From Eledone cirrhosa (Eukaryota), in NCBI GenBank assembly GCA_964016885.1, contig OZ024760.1, forward strand, positions 31,992,001 to 32,056,000: a DNA stretch of 64,000 bases. The letters are read 5' to 3'. Every line of letters begins with the position of its first letter. The first letter of the stretch is position 1. A model generated the notes under the pieces. It ran no database searches. It was not told the origin of the DNA and saw only the letters and a program-made list of their open reading frames with translations. Shown one piece after another: positions 27,471-41,700 of this stretch. The translations under genes and the position numbers were made by a program.

Positions 27471-30400
27471 AAAGGGAGAGAAAGGCTATAGTCTGATATA
27501 ATCCAAGGTTTTGGGAAATAAGGGAGGCAAAGACTATAGATTGAGCTGATCCAAGGTTTTGAGATGTAAGGTGAAAGACTTTAGTCTGAATTGATCCCAG
27601 ATTTTGAGAAGTAAGGGAGAGAAAGACTATAGTGTGAGTTGATCCAAGGTTTTGAGAAGTAAGTGGGAGAAAGGCTATAGTCTGACTTGATCCAAGGTTT
27701 TGGGAAGTAAGGGAAAGAAATACTATAGTCTGAATTGATCCCAGTTTTTGAGAAGTAAGGGTGAAAAAGACTATAGTCTGAGTTGATCCAAGATTTTGAG
27801 AAGTAAGGCAGAGAAAGACTATAGTCAGAGTTGATCCAAGGTTTTGAGAAGTAAGGGAGAGAAAGACTATAGTCTGAGTTGATCCAAGGTTTTGAGAAGT
27901 AAGGTAGAGAAAGACTATAGTCTGAGTTGATCCAAGCTTTTGAGAAGCAAGGGAGAGAAAGGCTATATTCTGAGTTGATCCAAGGTTCTGAGAAGTAAGG
28001 GAGAGAAAGACTATAGTCTGAGTTCATCCAAGATTTTGAGAAGTAAGGGACAGAAAGACCATTGTCTGAATTGATGCCAGGTTTTGATAAGTAAGGGGGA
28101 TAAGACTATAGTCTGTGTTGATCCAAGGTTTTGAGAAGTAAGGAGGAGAAAGATTATAGTCTGAGTTGATCCAAGGGTTTGAGAAGTAAGGGAGAGAAAG
28201 ACTATAGTCTGAGTTGATCCAAGGTTTTGAGAAGTAAGGGAGAGAAAGGCTATAGTCTGAGTTGATCCAAGGTTTTGAGAAGTAATGGAGAGAAAGACTA
28301 TAGTCTGAGTTGATCCAAGATTTTGAGAAGATAGTCAGAGAAAGACTATAGTCTGAGTTGATCCAAGGTTTTGAGAAGTAAAAGAGAGAAAGACTATAGT
28401 CTGTGTTGATCCAAGGTTTTGAGAAGTAAGTAGGAGAAAGACTATAGTCTGAGTTGATCCAAGGGTTTGAGAAGTAAGGGTGAGAAAGGCTATAGTCTGT
28501 GTTGATCCAAGGTTTTGAGAAGTAAGGGAGAGAAAGACTATAGCCTGAGTTGTTCCAAGATTTTTAGAAGTAAGAGAGAGAAAGTCTATAGTCTGAGTTG
28601 AACCAAGGTTTTGAGAAGTAAGGTTGAGAAAGACTAAATATGAGTTGATACATGGTTTTCAGAAGTAAGGGAGAGAAATCCTATAGACTGAGTTTATCCC
28701 AGGTTTTGAGAAGTAAGCAAGAGAAAGACTATAGACTTAGTTGTTCCAAGGTTTTAAGAAATGAGGGAGGGAAAGGCTATAGTCCGAGCTGATCCAAGGT
28801 TTTGAGTAGTAATGGAGAGAAAGACTATAGTCTGAGTTGATCCCAGGTTTTGAGAAGTAAGGGAGAAAAACACTATAGTCTGAGTTGATCCAAGATTTTG
28901 AGAAGTAAGGCATAGAAAGACTGTAGTCAGAGTTGATCCAAGGTTTTGAGGAGTAAGGGAGAGAAAGACTATAGTCTGAGTTGATCCAAGGTTTTGAGAA
29001 GTAAGGGAGAGAAAGACTATAGTCTGAGTTGATCCAAGCTTTTGAGAAGTAAGGGAGAGAAAGGCTATATTCTGAGTTGATACAAGGTTCTGAGAAGTAA
29101 GCGAGAGAAAGACTATAGTCTGAGTTCATCCAAGGTTTTGAGAAGTAAGGGACAGAAAGACTATAGTCTGACGTGATCCCAGGTGTTGAAAAATAAGGAA
29201 GAAAAAGGCTATAGTCTTAGTTGATCCAAGCTTTTGAGAAGCAAGTGAGAGAAAGACTATAGTCTGAGTTGATCCAAGGTTTTGAGAAGTAAGGGAGAGA
29301 AAGACTATAGTCTGAGTTCATCTAAGATTTTGTGAAGTAATGGACAGAAAGACTATAGTCTGACTTGATGCCAGGTTTTGCGAAGTAAGGGGGATAAGAC
29401 TATAGTCTGTGTTGATCCAAGGTTTTCAGAAGTAAGGGAGAGAAAGGCTGTAGTCTGAGTTGATCCAAGGTTTTGAGAAGTAAGGAGGATAAAGATTCTA
29501 GTCTGAATCGATCCCAGATTTTGAGAAGTAAGGGAGAGAAAGACTATGGTTTGAGTTGATCCAAGATTTTTAGAAGTAAGAGAGAGAAAGTCTATAGTCT
29601 GAGTTGATCCAAGGTTTTGAGAAATAAGGGAGGGAAAGGCTATAGTCTGATTTAGTCCAAGGTTTTGAGAAGTAATGGAGCGAAAGACTATAGTCTGACG
29701 TGATCCCAGGTTTTGAAAAGTAAGGGAGAAAAAGGCTATAGTCTGAGTTGATCCAAGCTTTTGAGAAGCAAGTGAGAGAAAGTCTATAGTCTGAGTTGAT
29801 CCAAGGTTTTGAGAAGTAAGGGAGGGAAAGACTATAGTCTGATTTCATCCAACATTTTGGGAAGTAAGGGACAGAAAGACTATAGTCTGACTTGATGCCA
29901 GGTTTTCAGAAGTAAGGGAGAGAAAGGCTGTAGTCTGAGTTGATCCACGGTTTTGAGAAGTTAAGGTGAGAAAGACAATAGTCTGAGTTGATCCAAAATT
30001 TTGAGAAGCAAGTGAGAGAAAGACTATAGTCTGAGTTGATCCAAGGTTCTGAGAAGTAAAGGCGAGAAAAAATAAAAGGCTGAGTTTATGCCAGATTTTG
30101 TGAAGTAAGGGAGCGAAAAACCATAGTCTGAGTTGATCCAAGCTTTTGAGAAGCAAGTGGGAGAAAGACTATAGTCTGAGTTGATGCCAGGTTTTGAGAA
30201 GTAAGGGGGATAAGACTATGGTCTGTGTTGATCCAAGGTTCTGAGAAATAAAGGCGAGAAAAACTATAGTCTGAGTTGATTCAAGGTTTTGAGAAATAAG
30301 GGAGACAAAGACTATCGATTGAGTTGATCCAAAGTTTTGAGTAGTAAGGGGGAGAAAGACTATAGTCTGAATTGAACCCAGATTTTGAGAAGTAAGGTAG

Positions 30401-30690
30401 ACAAAGACTATAGTCTGAGTTGATCCAAGGTTTTGAGAATTAAGAGAGAGAAGGACTAGTCTGTTTTAATCCAAGGTTTTGAGAAGTAAGGGAGAGAAAG
30501 ACTATAGCCTGAGTTGATCCAATATTTTTAGAAGTAAGGGAGAGAAAGACTATAGCCTGAGTTGAAACAAGGTTTTGAGAAGTAAGGTTGAGAAAGGCTA
30601 TATTCTGAGTTGATCCAATGTTTTTAGAGGTAAGGGAGAGAAAGCATATAGACTGAGTTTATGCCAGGTTTTGAGAAGTAAGTGAGAGAA

Positions 30691-33600
30691 AGACTATAGA
30701 CTTAGTTGATCCAAGGTTTTGAGAAATAAGGGAGGGAAAGGCTTTAGTCATAGTTGATCCAAGGTTTTGAGAAGTAATGTAGAGAAAGATAATAGTCTGA
30801 CATGAACCCAGGTTTTAAGAAGTAAGGGAGAAAAAGACTATATTCTGAATTGACCCAAAGGTTTTGAGAAGTAAGGGAGAGAAAGACATTAGTCTGAGTT
30901 GATCCAAGGCTTTGAGAAGTAAGGGAGCGAAGGACTATAATCTGAGTTGATCCAACGTTTTGAGAAGTAAGGGACAGAAAGATTATAGTCTGACTTGAGG
31001 CCAGGTTTTGAGAAGTAAGGGGGATAAGACTATAGTCTGTGTTGATCCAAGGTTTTCAAAAGTGAGGGAGAGAAAGGCTGTAGTCTCAGTTGATCCAAGG
31101 TTCTGAGAAGTAAAGGCGAGAAAAACAATAGGCTTAGTTTATCCCAGGTTTTGAGAAGAAAGCGAGAGAAAGACTATAGACTTAGTTGATCCAAGGTTTT
31201 GAGAAATAAGGGAGGGAAAGGCAATAGTCTGAGTTGATACAAGGTTTTGAGAAGTAAGGGGGATAAGACTATAGTCTGAGTTGATGCCAGATTTTGAGAA
31301 GTAAGGGAGAGAAAGACTATAGTCTGAGTTGATCCAAGGTTTTGAGAAGCAAGGGAGAGAAAGGCTATAGTCTGAATTGATCCAAGGTCTTGAGAAGTAG
31401 AGGAGAGAAAGACAATAGTCTGCGTTGATCCGAGGTTTTCAGAAGCAAGGGAGAGAAAGGCTATAGTCTGATTTGATTCACGGTTTTGAGAAATAAGGGA
31501 GACAAAGACTATAGATTTATTTGATCCAAGCTTTTGAGAAGTAAGGGTGAGAAAGACTATTGTCTGAATTGATCCCAGATTTTGAGAAGTAAGGGAGAGT
31601 AAGGCTATAGTCTGAGTTGATCCAAGGTTTTGAGAACTAAGGAAGAAAAATACTATAGTCTGTGTTGATCCAAGGTTTTGAGAAGTAAGGGGGAGAAATA
31701 CCATATTCTGAGTTGATCCAAGGTTTTGAGAAGTAAGGGAGAGAAAGGCTATAGTCTGAGTTGATCCCAGGTTTTGAGAAGAAGGGAAAGAAAGACTATA
31801 GTCTGAGTTGATCCCAGGTATTGAGAAGTAAGGGAGAGAAAGGCTATAGTCTGGGATGATCCAATGTTTTTATAGGTAAGGGAGAGAAAGACTATAGACT
31901 TAGTTGATCCAAGGTTTTGAGAAATAAGAGAGGGAAACGCTATAGTCTGAGTTGTTTCAAAGTTTTGAGAAGTAATGGAGAGAAAGACTATAGTCTGACT
32001 TGATCCCAGGTTTTGAGAAGTAAGGGAGAAAAAGACTATAGTCTTAGTTGATCCAAGATTTTAAGAAGTTAGTCAGAGAAAGATTATAGTGTGAGTTGAT
32101 CCAAGATTTTGAGAAGTGAGGGAGAGAAAGACTATAGTCTGAGTTGATCCAAGCTTTTGAGAAGCAAGTGAGAGCAAGAATATAATCTGAATTGATCCAA
32201 GGTTTTGAGAAGTAAGGGAGAGAAGGCTATAGTCTGAGTTGATCCAAGGTTTTGAGAAGTAAGGGACAGAAAGGCTATAGTCTGACATGATGCCAGGTTT
32301 TGATAAGTAAGGGGGATAAGCCTATAGTCTGTGTTGATCCAAGGTTTTGAGAAGTAAGGGTGAGAAAGACTAAAGTCTGAGTTGATCCATGGTTTTCAGA
32401 AGTAAGGGAGAGAAAGACTATAGTCTGAATTGATCCAAGGCTTTGAGAAGTAACGGAAAGAAAGACTATAGACCGAGTTTATCCCAGGTTTTGCGAAGTA
32501 AGGGAGAGTAAGATTATAGTCTGTGTTGATCCAAAGTTTTGAGAAGTAAGGGAGAGAAAGACAATAGATTGAGCAGAACCAAAGTTTTCAGAAGTAAGGA
32601 GGAGAAAGACTATAGCGTGAATTGATCCCAGATTTTGAGAAGTAAGGGAGAGAAAGACTATAGTCTGAGTTGATCCAAGGGTTTGAGAAGTAAGCGAGAG
32701 AAAGGCTATAGTCAGAGTTGATCCAAGATTTTTAGAAGTAAGAGAGAGAAAGTCTATAGTCTGAGTTCATCCAAAGTTTTGAGAAGAAGGGTTGAGAAAG
32801 ACTAAATATGAGTTGATCCCAAGTTTTGAGAAGTAAGGTAGAGAAAGACTATAGTCTGAGTTGATTCAAGCTTTTGGGAAATAAGGGAGACAAATACTAT
32901 AGATTGAGCAGATCCAAAGTTTTGAGAAGTAAGGAGGAGAAAGACTATAGTCTGAATTGATCCCAGATTTTGAGAAGTAAGGGAGAGAAAGACTATAGTC
33001 TGAGTTGATCCAAGGGTTTGAGAAGTAAGGGAGAGAAAGACTATAGTCAGATTTGATCCAAGGTTTTGAGAAGTAAGGGAGAGAAAGACTATAGCCAGAG
33101 TTGATCCATGATTTTTAGAAGTAAGGTTGAGAAAGACTAAATATGAGTTGATTTGTGGTTTTGAGAAGTAAGGGGGAGAAAGCCTATAGACTGAGTTTAT
33201 CCCTGGTTTTTGAGAAGTAAGGGAGGGAAAGGCTATAGTCTGAGTTGATCCAAGGTTTTGGGAAGTAATGGAGAGAAAGACTATAGTCTGACTTGATCCC
33301 AGGTTTTGAGAAGTAAGGGAGAAAAAGACTATATTCTGAGTTGATCCAAGCTTTTGAGAAGTAAGGCAGAGAAAGACTATAGTCTGAGTTGATCCATGGT
33401 TTTGAGAAGTAAGGGAGAGAAAGGCTATAGTCTGAGTTGATCCAATGTTTTTAGAGGTAAGGGAGGGAAAGCATATAGACTGAGTTTATCCCAGGTTTTG
33501 AGAAGTAAGCGACAGAAGACTATAGACTTAGTTGAGCCAAGGTTTTGAGAAATAAGGGAGGGAAAGGATATAGTCTGAGTTGATCCAAGGTTTTGAGAAG

Positions 33601-34283
33601 TAATGGAGAGAAAGACTATAGTCTGACTTGATCCCAGGTTTTGAGAAGTAAGGGAAAAAAAGACTATATTCTGAGTTGATTCAAGATTTTGAGTAGTAAG
33701 GCATAGAAAGACTATAGTCTGAGTTGATCCAAGATTTTGAGAAGTAAGGGAGAGAAAGGCTATAGTCTGAGTTGATCCAATGTTTTTAGAGGTAAGGGAG
33801 AGAAAGCCTATAGACTGAGTTTATCCCAGGTTTGAGAAGTAAGCGAGAGAAAGACTATAGACCTAGTTCATCCAAGGTTTTGAGAAATAAGGGAGGGAAA
33901 GGATATAGTCCGAGTTGATCCAAGGTTTTGAGAAGTAATGGAGAGAAAGACTATAGTCTGACTTGATCCCAGGTTTTGAGAAATAAGTGAGAAAAAGACT
34001 ATAGTCTGAGTTGATCCAATATTTTGAGAAGTAAGACAGAGAAAGACTATGGTCTGAGTTGATCCAAGGTTTTGAGAAGTAAGGGAGAGAAAGACTATAG
34101 TGTGAGTTGATCCAAGGTTTTGAGACGTAAGGGAGAAAAAGACTATAATCTGAGTTGATCCAAGCTTTTGAGAAGCAAATGAGAGAAAGGCTGTAGTCTG
34201 AGTTGATCCACGGTTTTGAGAAGTAAGGGGGATAAGACTATAATCTGTGTTGATCCAAGGTTTTGAGAAGTAAGGGAGAGAAA
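30691..34283 (+). repeat. Copy of 14521-18065 (offset 16170, then 16218)
   Basis: ORF pair 15004/31174 differs by one extra 16-aa unit and 15855/32073 is identical. Shared rare motifs include GTCATAGTTG, GACCCAAAGG, GATTTGTGG and GCGACAGAAG. Confidence 0.92.
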
Positions 34284-37200
34284 GAATATAGTCTGAGTTG
34301 ATCCAAGCTTTTGCGAAGCAAGGGAGAGAAAGGCTATATTCTGAGTTGATCCAAGGTTCTGAGAAGTAAGGGAGAGAAAGACTATAGTCTGAGTTCATCC
34401 AAGGTTTTGAGAAGTAAGGGACAGAAAGACCATAGTCTGAATTGATGCCAGGTTTTGATAAGTAAGGGGGATAAGACTATAGTCTGTGTTGATCAAAGGT
34501 TTTGAGAAGTAAGGAGGAGAAAGACTATAGTCTGAGTTGATCCAAGGGTTTGAGAAGTCAGGGAGAGAAAGACTATCGTCTGAGTTTATCCAATGTTTTG
34601 AGAAGTAAGATTGAGAAAGACTAAATATGAGTTGATCCATGGTTTTGAGAAGTAAGGGAGAGAAAGACTATAGTCTGAGTTGATCCAAGGTTTTGAGAAG
34701 TAAGGGAGAGAAAGGCTATAGTCTGAGTTGATCCAAGGTTTTGAGAAGTAATGTAGAGAAAGACTATAGTCTGAGTTGATCCAAGATTTTGAGAAGATAG
34801 TCAGAGAAAGACTATAGTCTGAGTTGATCCAAGATTTTGAGAAGTAAAAGAGAGAAAGACTATAGTCTGTGTTGATCCCACGTTTTGAGAAGTAAGGAGG
34901 AGAAAGACTATAGTCTGAGTTGATCCAAGGGTTTGAGAAGTAAGGGTGAGAAAGGCTATAGTCTGTGTTGATCCAAGGTTTTGAGAAGTAAGGGAGAGAG
35001 AGACTATAGCCTGAGTTGATCCAAGATTTTTAGAAGTAAGAGAGAGAAAGTCTATAGTCTGAGTTGATCCAAGGTTTTGAGAAGTAAGGTTGAGAAAGAA
35101 TAAATATGAGTTGATACATGGTTTTCAGAAGTAAGGGAGAGAAATCCTATAGACTGAGTTTATCCCAGGTTTTGAGAAGTAAGCAAGAGAAAGACTATAG
35201 ACTTAGTTGTTCCAAGGTTTTAAGAAATGAGGGCGGGTCTGAGCTGATCCAAGGTTTTGAGAAGTAATGGAGAGAAAGACTATAGTCTGACTTGATCCCA
35301 GGTTTTGAGAAGTAAGGGAAAAAAGACTATATTCTGAGTTGATCCAAGATTTTGAGTAGTAAGGCATAGAAAGACTATAGTCTGAGTTGATCCAAGATTT
35401 TGAGAAGTAAGGGAGAGAAAAGCTATAGTCTGAGTTGATCCAATGTTTTTAGAGGTAAGGGAGAGAAAGCCTATAGACTGAGTTTATCCCAGGTTTGAGA
35501 AAAAGCGAGAGAAAGACTATAGACCTAGTTGATCCAAGGTTTTGAGAAATAAGGGAGGGAAAGGATATAGTCTGAGTTGATCCAAGATTTTGAGAAGTAA
35601 TGGAGAGAAAGACTATAGTCTGACTTGATCCCATGTTTTGAGAAATAAGTGAGAAAAAGACTATAGTCTGAGTTGATCCAATATTTTGAGAAGTAAGACA
35701 GAGAAAGACTATGGTCTGAGTTGATCCAAGGTTTTGAGAAGTAAGGGAGAGAAAGACTATAGTGTGAGTTGATCCAAGGTTTTGAGACGTAAGGGAGAAA
35801 AAGACTATAATCTGAGTTGATCCAAGCTTTTGAGAAGCAAGTGAGAGAAAGGCTGTAGTCTGAGTTGATCCACGGTTTTGAGAAGTAAGGGGGATAAGAC
35901 TATAATATGTGTTGATCCAAGGTTTTGAGAAGTAAGGGAGAGAAAGGATGTAGTCTGAGTTGATCCACGGTTTTGAGAAGTTAAGGTGAGAATGACAATA
36001 TTCTGAGTTGATCCAAGGTTTTGAGAGACAAGTGAGAGAAAGCCTATAGTCTGAGTTGATCCAATGTTTTCAGAAGTAAGGGAGAGAAACACTATAGTCA
36101 GAGTTGATCCAAGGTTTTGAGAAGTAAGTGTGAGAAAGACTAAAGTCTGAGTTAATCCATTGTTTTCAGAAGTAAGGGAGGGAAAGACTATAGTTTGAGT
36201 TGATCCAAGGTTTTGAGAAGAAAGGGAGAGAAAGGCTATAGTCTGATATAATCCAAGGTTTTGGGAAATAAGGGAGGCAAAGACTATAGATTGAGCTGAT
36301 CCAAGGTTTTGAGATGTAAGGTGAAAGACTTTAGTCTGAATTGATCCCAGATTTTGAGAAGTAAGGGAGAGAAAGACTATAGTGTGAGTTGATCCAAGGT
36401 TTTGAGAAGTAAGTGGGAGAAAGGCTATAGTCTGACTTGATCCAAGGTTTTGGGAAGTAAGGGAAAGAAATACTATAGTCTGAATTGATCCCAGTTTTTG
36501 AGAAGTAAGGGTGAAAAAGACTATAGTCTGAGTTGATCCAAGATTTTGAGAAGTAAGGCAGAGAAAGACTATAGTCAGAGTTGATCCAAGGTTTTGAGAA
36601 GTAAGGGAGAGAAAGACTATAGTCTGAGTTGATCCAAGGTTTTGAGAAGTAAGGTAGAGAAAGACTATAGTCTGAGTTGATCCAAGCTTTTGAGAAGCAA
36701 GGGAGAGAAAGGCTATATTCTGAGTTGATCCAAGGTTCTGAGAAGTAAGGGAGAGAAAGACTATAGTCTGAGTTCATCCAAGATTTTGAGAAGTAAGGGA
36801 CAGAAAGACCATTGTCTGAATTGATGCCAGGTTTTGATAAGTAAGGGGGATAAGACTATAGTCTGTGTTGATCCAAGGTTTTGAGAAGTAAGGAGGAGAA
36901 AGATTATAGTCTGAGTTGATCCAAGGGTTTGAGAAGTAAGGGAGAGAAAGACTATAGTCTGAGTTGATCCAAGGTTTTGAGAAGTAAGGGAGAGAAAGTC
37001 TATAGTCTGAGTTGATCCAAGGTTTTGAGAAGTAATGGAGAGAAAGACTATAGTCTGAGTTGATCCAAGATTTTGAGAAGATAGTCAGAGAAAGACTATA
37101 GTCTGAGTTGATCCAAGGTTTTGAGAAGTAAAAGAGAGAAAGACTATAGTCTGTGTTGATCCAAGGTTTTGAGAAGTAAGTAGGAGAAAGACTATAGTCT

Positions 37201-38788
37201 GAGTTGATCCAAGGGTTTGAGAAGTAAGGGTGAGAAAGGCTATAGTCTGTGTTGATCCAAGGTTTTGAGAAGTAAGGGAGAGAAAGACTATAGCCTGAGT
37301 TGTTCCAAGATTTTTAGAAGTAAGAGAGAGAAAGTCTATAGTCTGAGTTGAACCAAGGTTTTGAGAAGTAAGGTTGAGAAAGACTAAATATGAGTTGATA
37401 CATGGTTTTCAGAAGTAAGGGAGAGAAATCCTATAGACTGAGTTTATCCCAGGTTTTGAGAAGTAAGCAAGAGAAAGACTATAGACTTAGTTGTTCCAAG
37501 GTTTTAAGAAATGAGGGAGGGAAAGGCTATAGTCCGAGCTGATCCAAGGTTTTGAGAAGTAATGGAGAGAAAGACTATAGTCTGAGTTGATCCCAGGTTT
37601 TGAGAAGTAAGGGAGAAAAACACTATAGTCTGAGTTGATCCAAGATTTTGAGAAGTAAGGCATAGAAAGACTGTAGTCAGAGTTGATCCAAGGTTTTGAG
37701 GAGTAAGGGAGAGAAAGACTATAGTCTGAGTTGATCCAAGCTTTTGAGAAGTAAGGGAGAGAAAGGCTATATTCTGAGTTGATACAAGGTTCTGAGAAGT
37801 AAGCGAGAGAAAGACTATAGTCTGAGTTCATCCAAGGTTTTGAGAAGTAAGGGACAGAAAGACTATAGTCTGACGTGATCCCAGGTGTTGAAAAATAAGG
37901 AAGAAAAAGGCTATAGTCTTAGTTGATCCAAGCTTTTGAGAAGCAAGTGAGAGAAAGACTATAGTCTGAGTTGATCCAAGGTTTTGAGAAGTAAGGGAGA
38001 GAAAGACTATAGTCTGAGTTCATCTAAGATTTTGTGAAGTAATGGACAGAAAGACTATAGTCTGACTTGATGCCAGGTTTTGCGAAGTAAGGGGGATAAG
38101 ACTATAGTCTGTGTTGATCCAAGGTTTTCAGAAGTAAGGGAGAGAAAGGCTGTAGTCTGAGTTGATCCAAGGTTTTGAGAAGTAAGGAGGATAAAGATTC
38201 TAGTCTGAATCGATCCCAGATTTTGAGAAGTAAGGGAGAGAAAGACTATGGTTTGAGTTGATCCAAGATTTTTAGAAGTAAGAGAGAGAAAGTCTATAGT
38301 CTGAGTTGATCCAAGGTTTTGAGAAATAAGGGAGGGAAAGGCTATAGTCTGATTTGGTCCAAGGTTTTGAGAAGTAATGGAGCGAAAGACTATAGTCTGA
38401 CGTGATCCCAGGTTTTGAAAAGTAAGGGAGAAAAAGGCTATAGTCTGAGTTGATCCAAGCTTTTGAGAAGCAAGTGAGAGAAAGACTATAGTCTGAGTTG
38501 ATCCAAGGTTTTGAGAAGTAAGGGAGGGAAAGACTATAGTCTGATTTCATCCAAGATTTTGGGAAGTAAGGGACAGAAAGACTATAGTCTGACTTGATGC
38601 CAGGTTTTCAGAAGTAAGGGAGAGAAAGGCTGTAGTCTGAGTTGATCCACGGTTTTGAGAAGTTAAGGTGAGAAAGACAATAGTCTGAGTTGATCCAAAA
38701 TTTTGAGAAGCAAGTGAGAGAAAGACTATAGTCTGAGTTGATCCAAGGTTCTGAGAAGTAAAGGCGAGAAAAAATAAAAGGCTGAGTT
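34284..38788 (+). repeat. Copy of ~25660-30086 (offset mostly 8750, then 8702)
   Basis: ORF pairs 27055/35805, 27581/36331 and 28737/37487 are offset by 8750; 29570/38272 is offset by 8702 after loss of one monomer. Confidence 0.92.
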
Positions 38789-41700
38789 GATCCAAGCTTT
38801 TGAGAAGCAAGTTAGAGAAAGATAATAGTCTGAGTTGATCCAAGGTTTTGAGAGGTAAGTGAGAGAAAGACTATAGTCTGAAATGATCCAAGGTCTTGAG
38901 AAGTAAGGGAGAGAAAGCCTATAGTCTGATATGATCCAAGGTTTTGAGAAGTAAGGGAAAGAAAGACTATAGACCGAGTTTATCCCAGGTTTTGAGAAGG
39001 TAAGGGAGAGAAAGACTATAGTGTGAGTTGATTCCAGGTTTTGGGAAATAAAAGAGACAAAGACTATAGATTGAGCTGATCCAAAGTTTTAAGAAGTAAG
39101 GAGGATAAAGACTCTAGTTTGAATTGATCCCAGATTTTGAGAAGTAAGGGAGAGAAAGACTATAGTCTGAGTTGATCCAAGGTTTTGAGAAGTAAGGGAG
39201 AGAAAGACTATAGCCTGAGTTGATCCAAGATTTTTAGAAGTAAGAGAGAGAAAGTCTATAGTCTGAGTTGATCCAAGGTTTTGAGAAGTAAGGTTGAGAA
39301 AGACTAAATATGAGTTGATCCATGGTTTTGAGAAGTAAGGGAGAGAAAGACTATAGACTGAGTTTATCCCAGGTTTTGAGAAGTAAGCGAGAGAAAGACT
39401 ATAGACTTAGTTGATCCAAGATTTTGAGAAATAAGGGAGGGAAAGGCTATAGTCTGAGTTGATCGAAGGTTTTGAGAAGTAATGGAGAGAAAGACTTGAT
39501 CCCAGGTTTTGAGAAGTAAGGGAGAAACAGAGTATAGTCTGAGTTGATCCAAGATTTTGAGAAGCAGGTGAGGGAAAGAATATAGTCTGAGTTGATCCAA
39601 GGTTTTGAGAAGTAAGGGAGGGAAAGACTATAGTCTGAGTTCATCCAAGGTTTTGAGAAGTAAGGGACAGAAAGACTATAGTCTGACTTGATGCCAGGTT
39701 TTGAGAAGTAAGGGGGATAAGACTATAGTCTGAGTTGATCCAAGGTTCTGAGAAGTAAAGGAGAGAAAGGCTGTAGTCTGAGTTGATCCACGGTTTTGAG
39801 AAGTTAAGGTGAGAAAGACAATAGTGTGAGTTGATCCAAAGTTTTGAAAAGCATGTGAGAGAAAGACTATAGTCTGAGTTGATCCAAGGTTCTGAGAAGT
39901 AAAGGCGAGAAAAAATAAAAGGCTGAGTTTATGCCAGATTTTGCAAAGTAAGGGAGCGAAAGACCATAGTCTGAGTTGATCCAAGCTTTTGAGAAGCAAG
40001 TGGGAGAAAGACTATAGTCTGATTTGATTCAAGGTTTTGAGAAATAAGGGAGACAAAGACTATAGTCTGAGTTGATCCATGGTTTTGAGAAGTAAGAGAG
40101 AGAAAGACTATAGTCTGTTTTAATCCAAGGTCTTGAGAAGTAAGGGAGAGAAAGACTATAGCCTGAGTTGATCCAATATTTTTAGAAGTAAGGGAGAGAA
40201 AGTCAATAGTCTGAGTTGATCCATGGTTTTGAGAAGTAAGGGAGAGAAAGACTATAACCTGAGTTGATGCCAGGTTTTGATAAGGAAGGGGGATAAGACT
40301 ATAGTCTGTGTTGATCCAAGGTTTTGAGAAGTAAGTGAGAGAAAGACTATAGACTTAGTTGATCCAAGGTTTTGAGAAATAAGGGAGGGAAAGGCTATAG
40401 TCTGAGTTGATCCCAGGTTTTGAGAAGTAGGGGAGAAAAAGACTATAGTCTTAGTTGATCCAAGGTTTTGAGAAGTAAAAGAGAGAAAGACTATAGTCTG
40501 AGTTGATCCAAGGTTTTGAGAGGTAAGGGAGAGAAAGATTATAGTCTGACTTGATGCCAGGTTTTGATAAGTAAGGGGGATAAGACTATAGTCTGTGTTG
40601 ATCCAAGGTTTTGAGAAGTAAGGGAGAGAAAGGGCGTAGTCTGAGTTGATCCACGGTTTAGAGAAGTATGGGTGAGAAAGACTAAAGTCTGAGTTGAACC
40701 ATGGTTTTCAAAAGTAAGGGAGAGAAAGACTATAGTTTGAGTTGATTCAAGGTTTTGGGAAATAAGGGAGACAAAGACTATAGATTGAGCTGATCCAAGG
40801 TTTTGAGAAGTAAGGAGGAGAAAGAATATAGTCTGAGTTGATCCTGGTTCTTAGAAGTAAGGCAGAGAAAGTCTACAGACTCATTTGATCCAAGGTTTTC
40901 AGAAGTAAGGGAGAGAAAGGCTATAGTCTGAGTTGATCCAAGGTTTTGAGAAGTAAGGGAGAGAAAGATTATAGTCTGTGTTGATCCAAGGTTTTGAGAA
41001 GTATGGAGAGAAAGACTATAGCCTGAGTTGATCCAAGATTTTTAGAAGTAAGAGAGAGAAAGTCTATAGTCTGAGTTGATGGAAGATTTTGAGAAGTAAG
41101 GTTGAGAAAGACTAAATATGAGTTGATCCATGGTTTTGAGAAGTAAGGGAGAGAAAGGCTATAGTCTGATATGATCTAAGGTTTTGAGAAGTAAGGGAGA
41201 AAAAGACTATATTCTGAGTTGTTTCAAGATTTTAAGAAGTAAGGCAGAAAAAGACTATATTCTGAGATGATCCAAGGTTTTGAGAAGTAAGGGAGAGAAA
41301 GACTATAGTCTGAGTTGATCCAAGGTTTTTATAAGTGAGAGAGGAAAGACTATAGTATTAGTTGATCCAAGCTTTTGAAAAGCAAGTGAGAGAAAGACTA
41401 TAATCTCAGTTGATCCAATTTTTGAGAAGTAAGGGAGAGAAAGGCTATAGTCTAAATTGATCCAAGGTTTTGAGAAGTAAGGGAGAGAAAGTCAATAGTC
41501 TGAGTTGATCCAGGGTTTTGAGAAGAAAGGGAGAGAAAGGCTATAGTCTGAGTTGATTCAAGGTTTTGAGAAATAAGGGAGACAAAGACTATAGATTGAG
41601 TTGATCCATGGTTTTGAGAAGTAAGGGAGAGAAAGCCTATAGACTCAGATTATCCCAGGTTTTGAGAATTAAGCGAGAGAAGACTATAGTCTGAGTTGAT

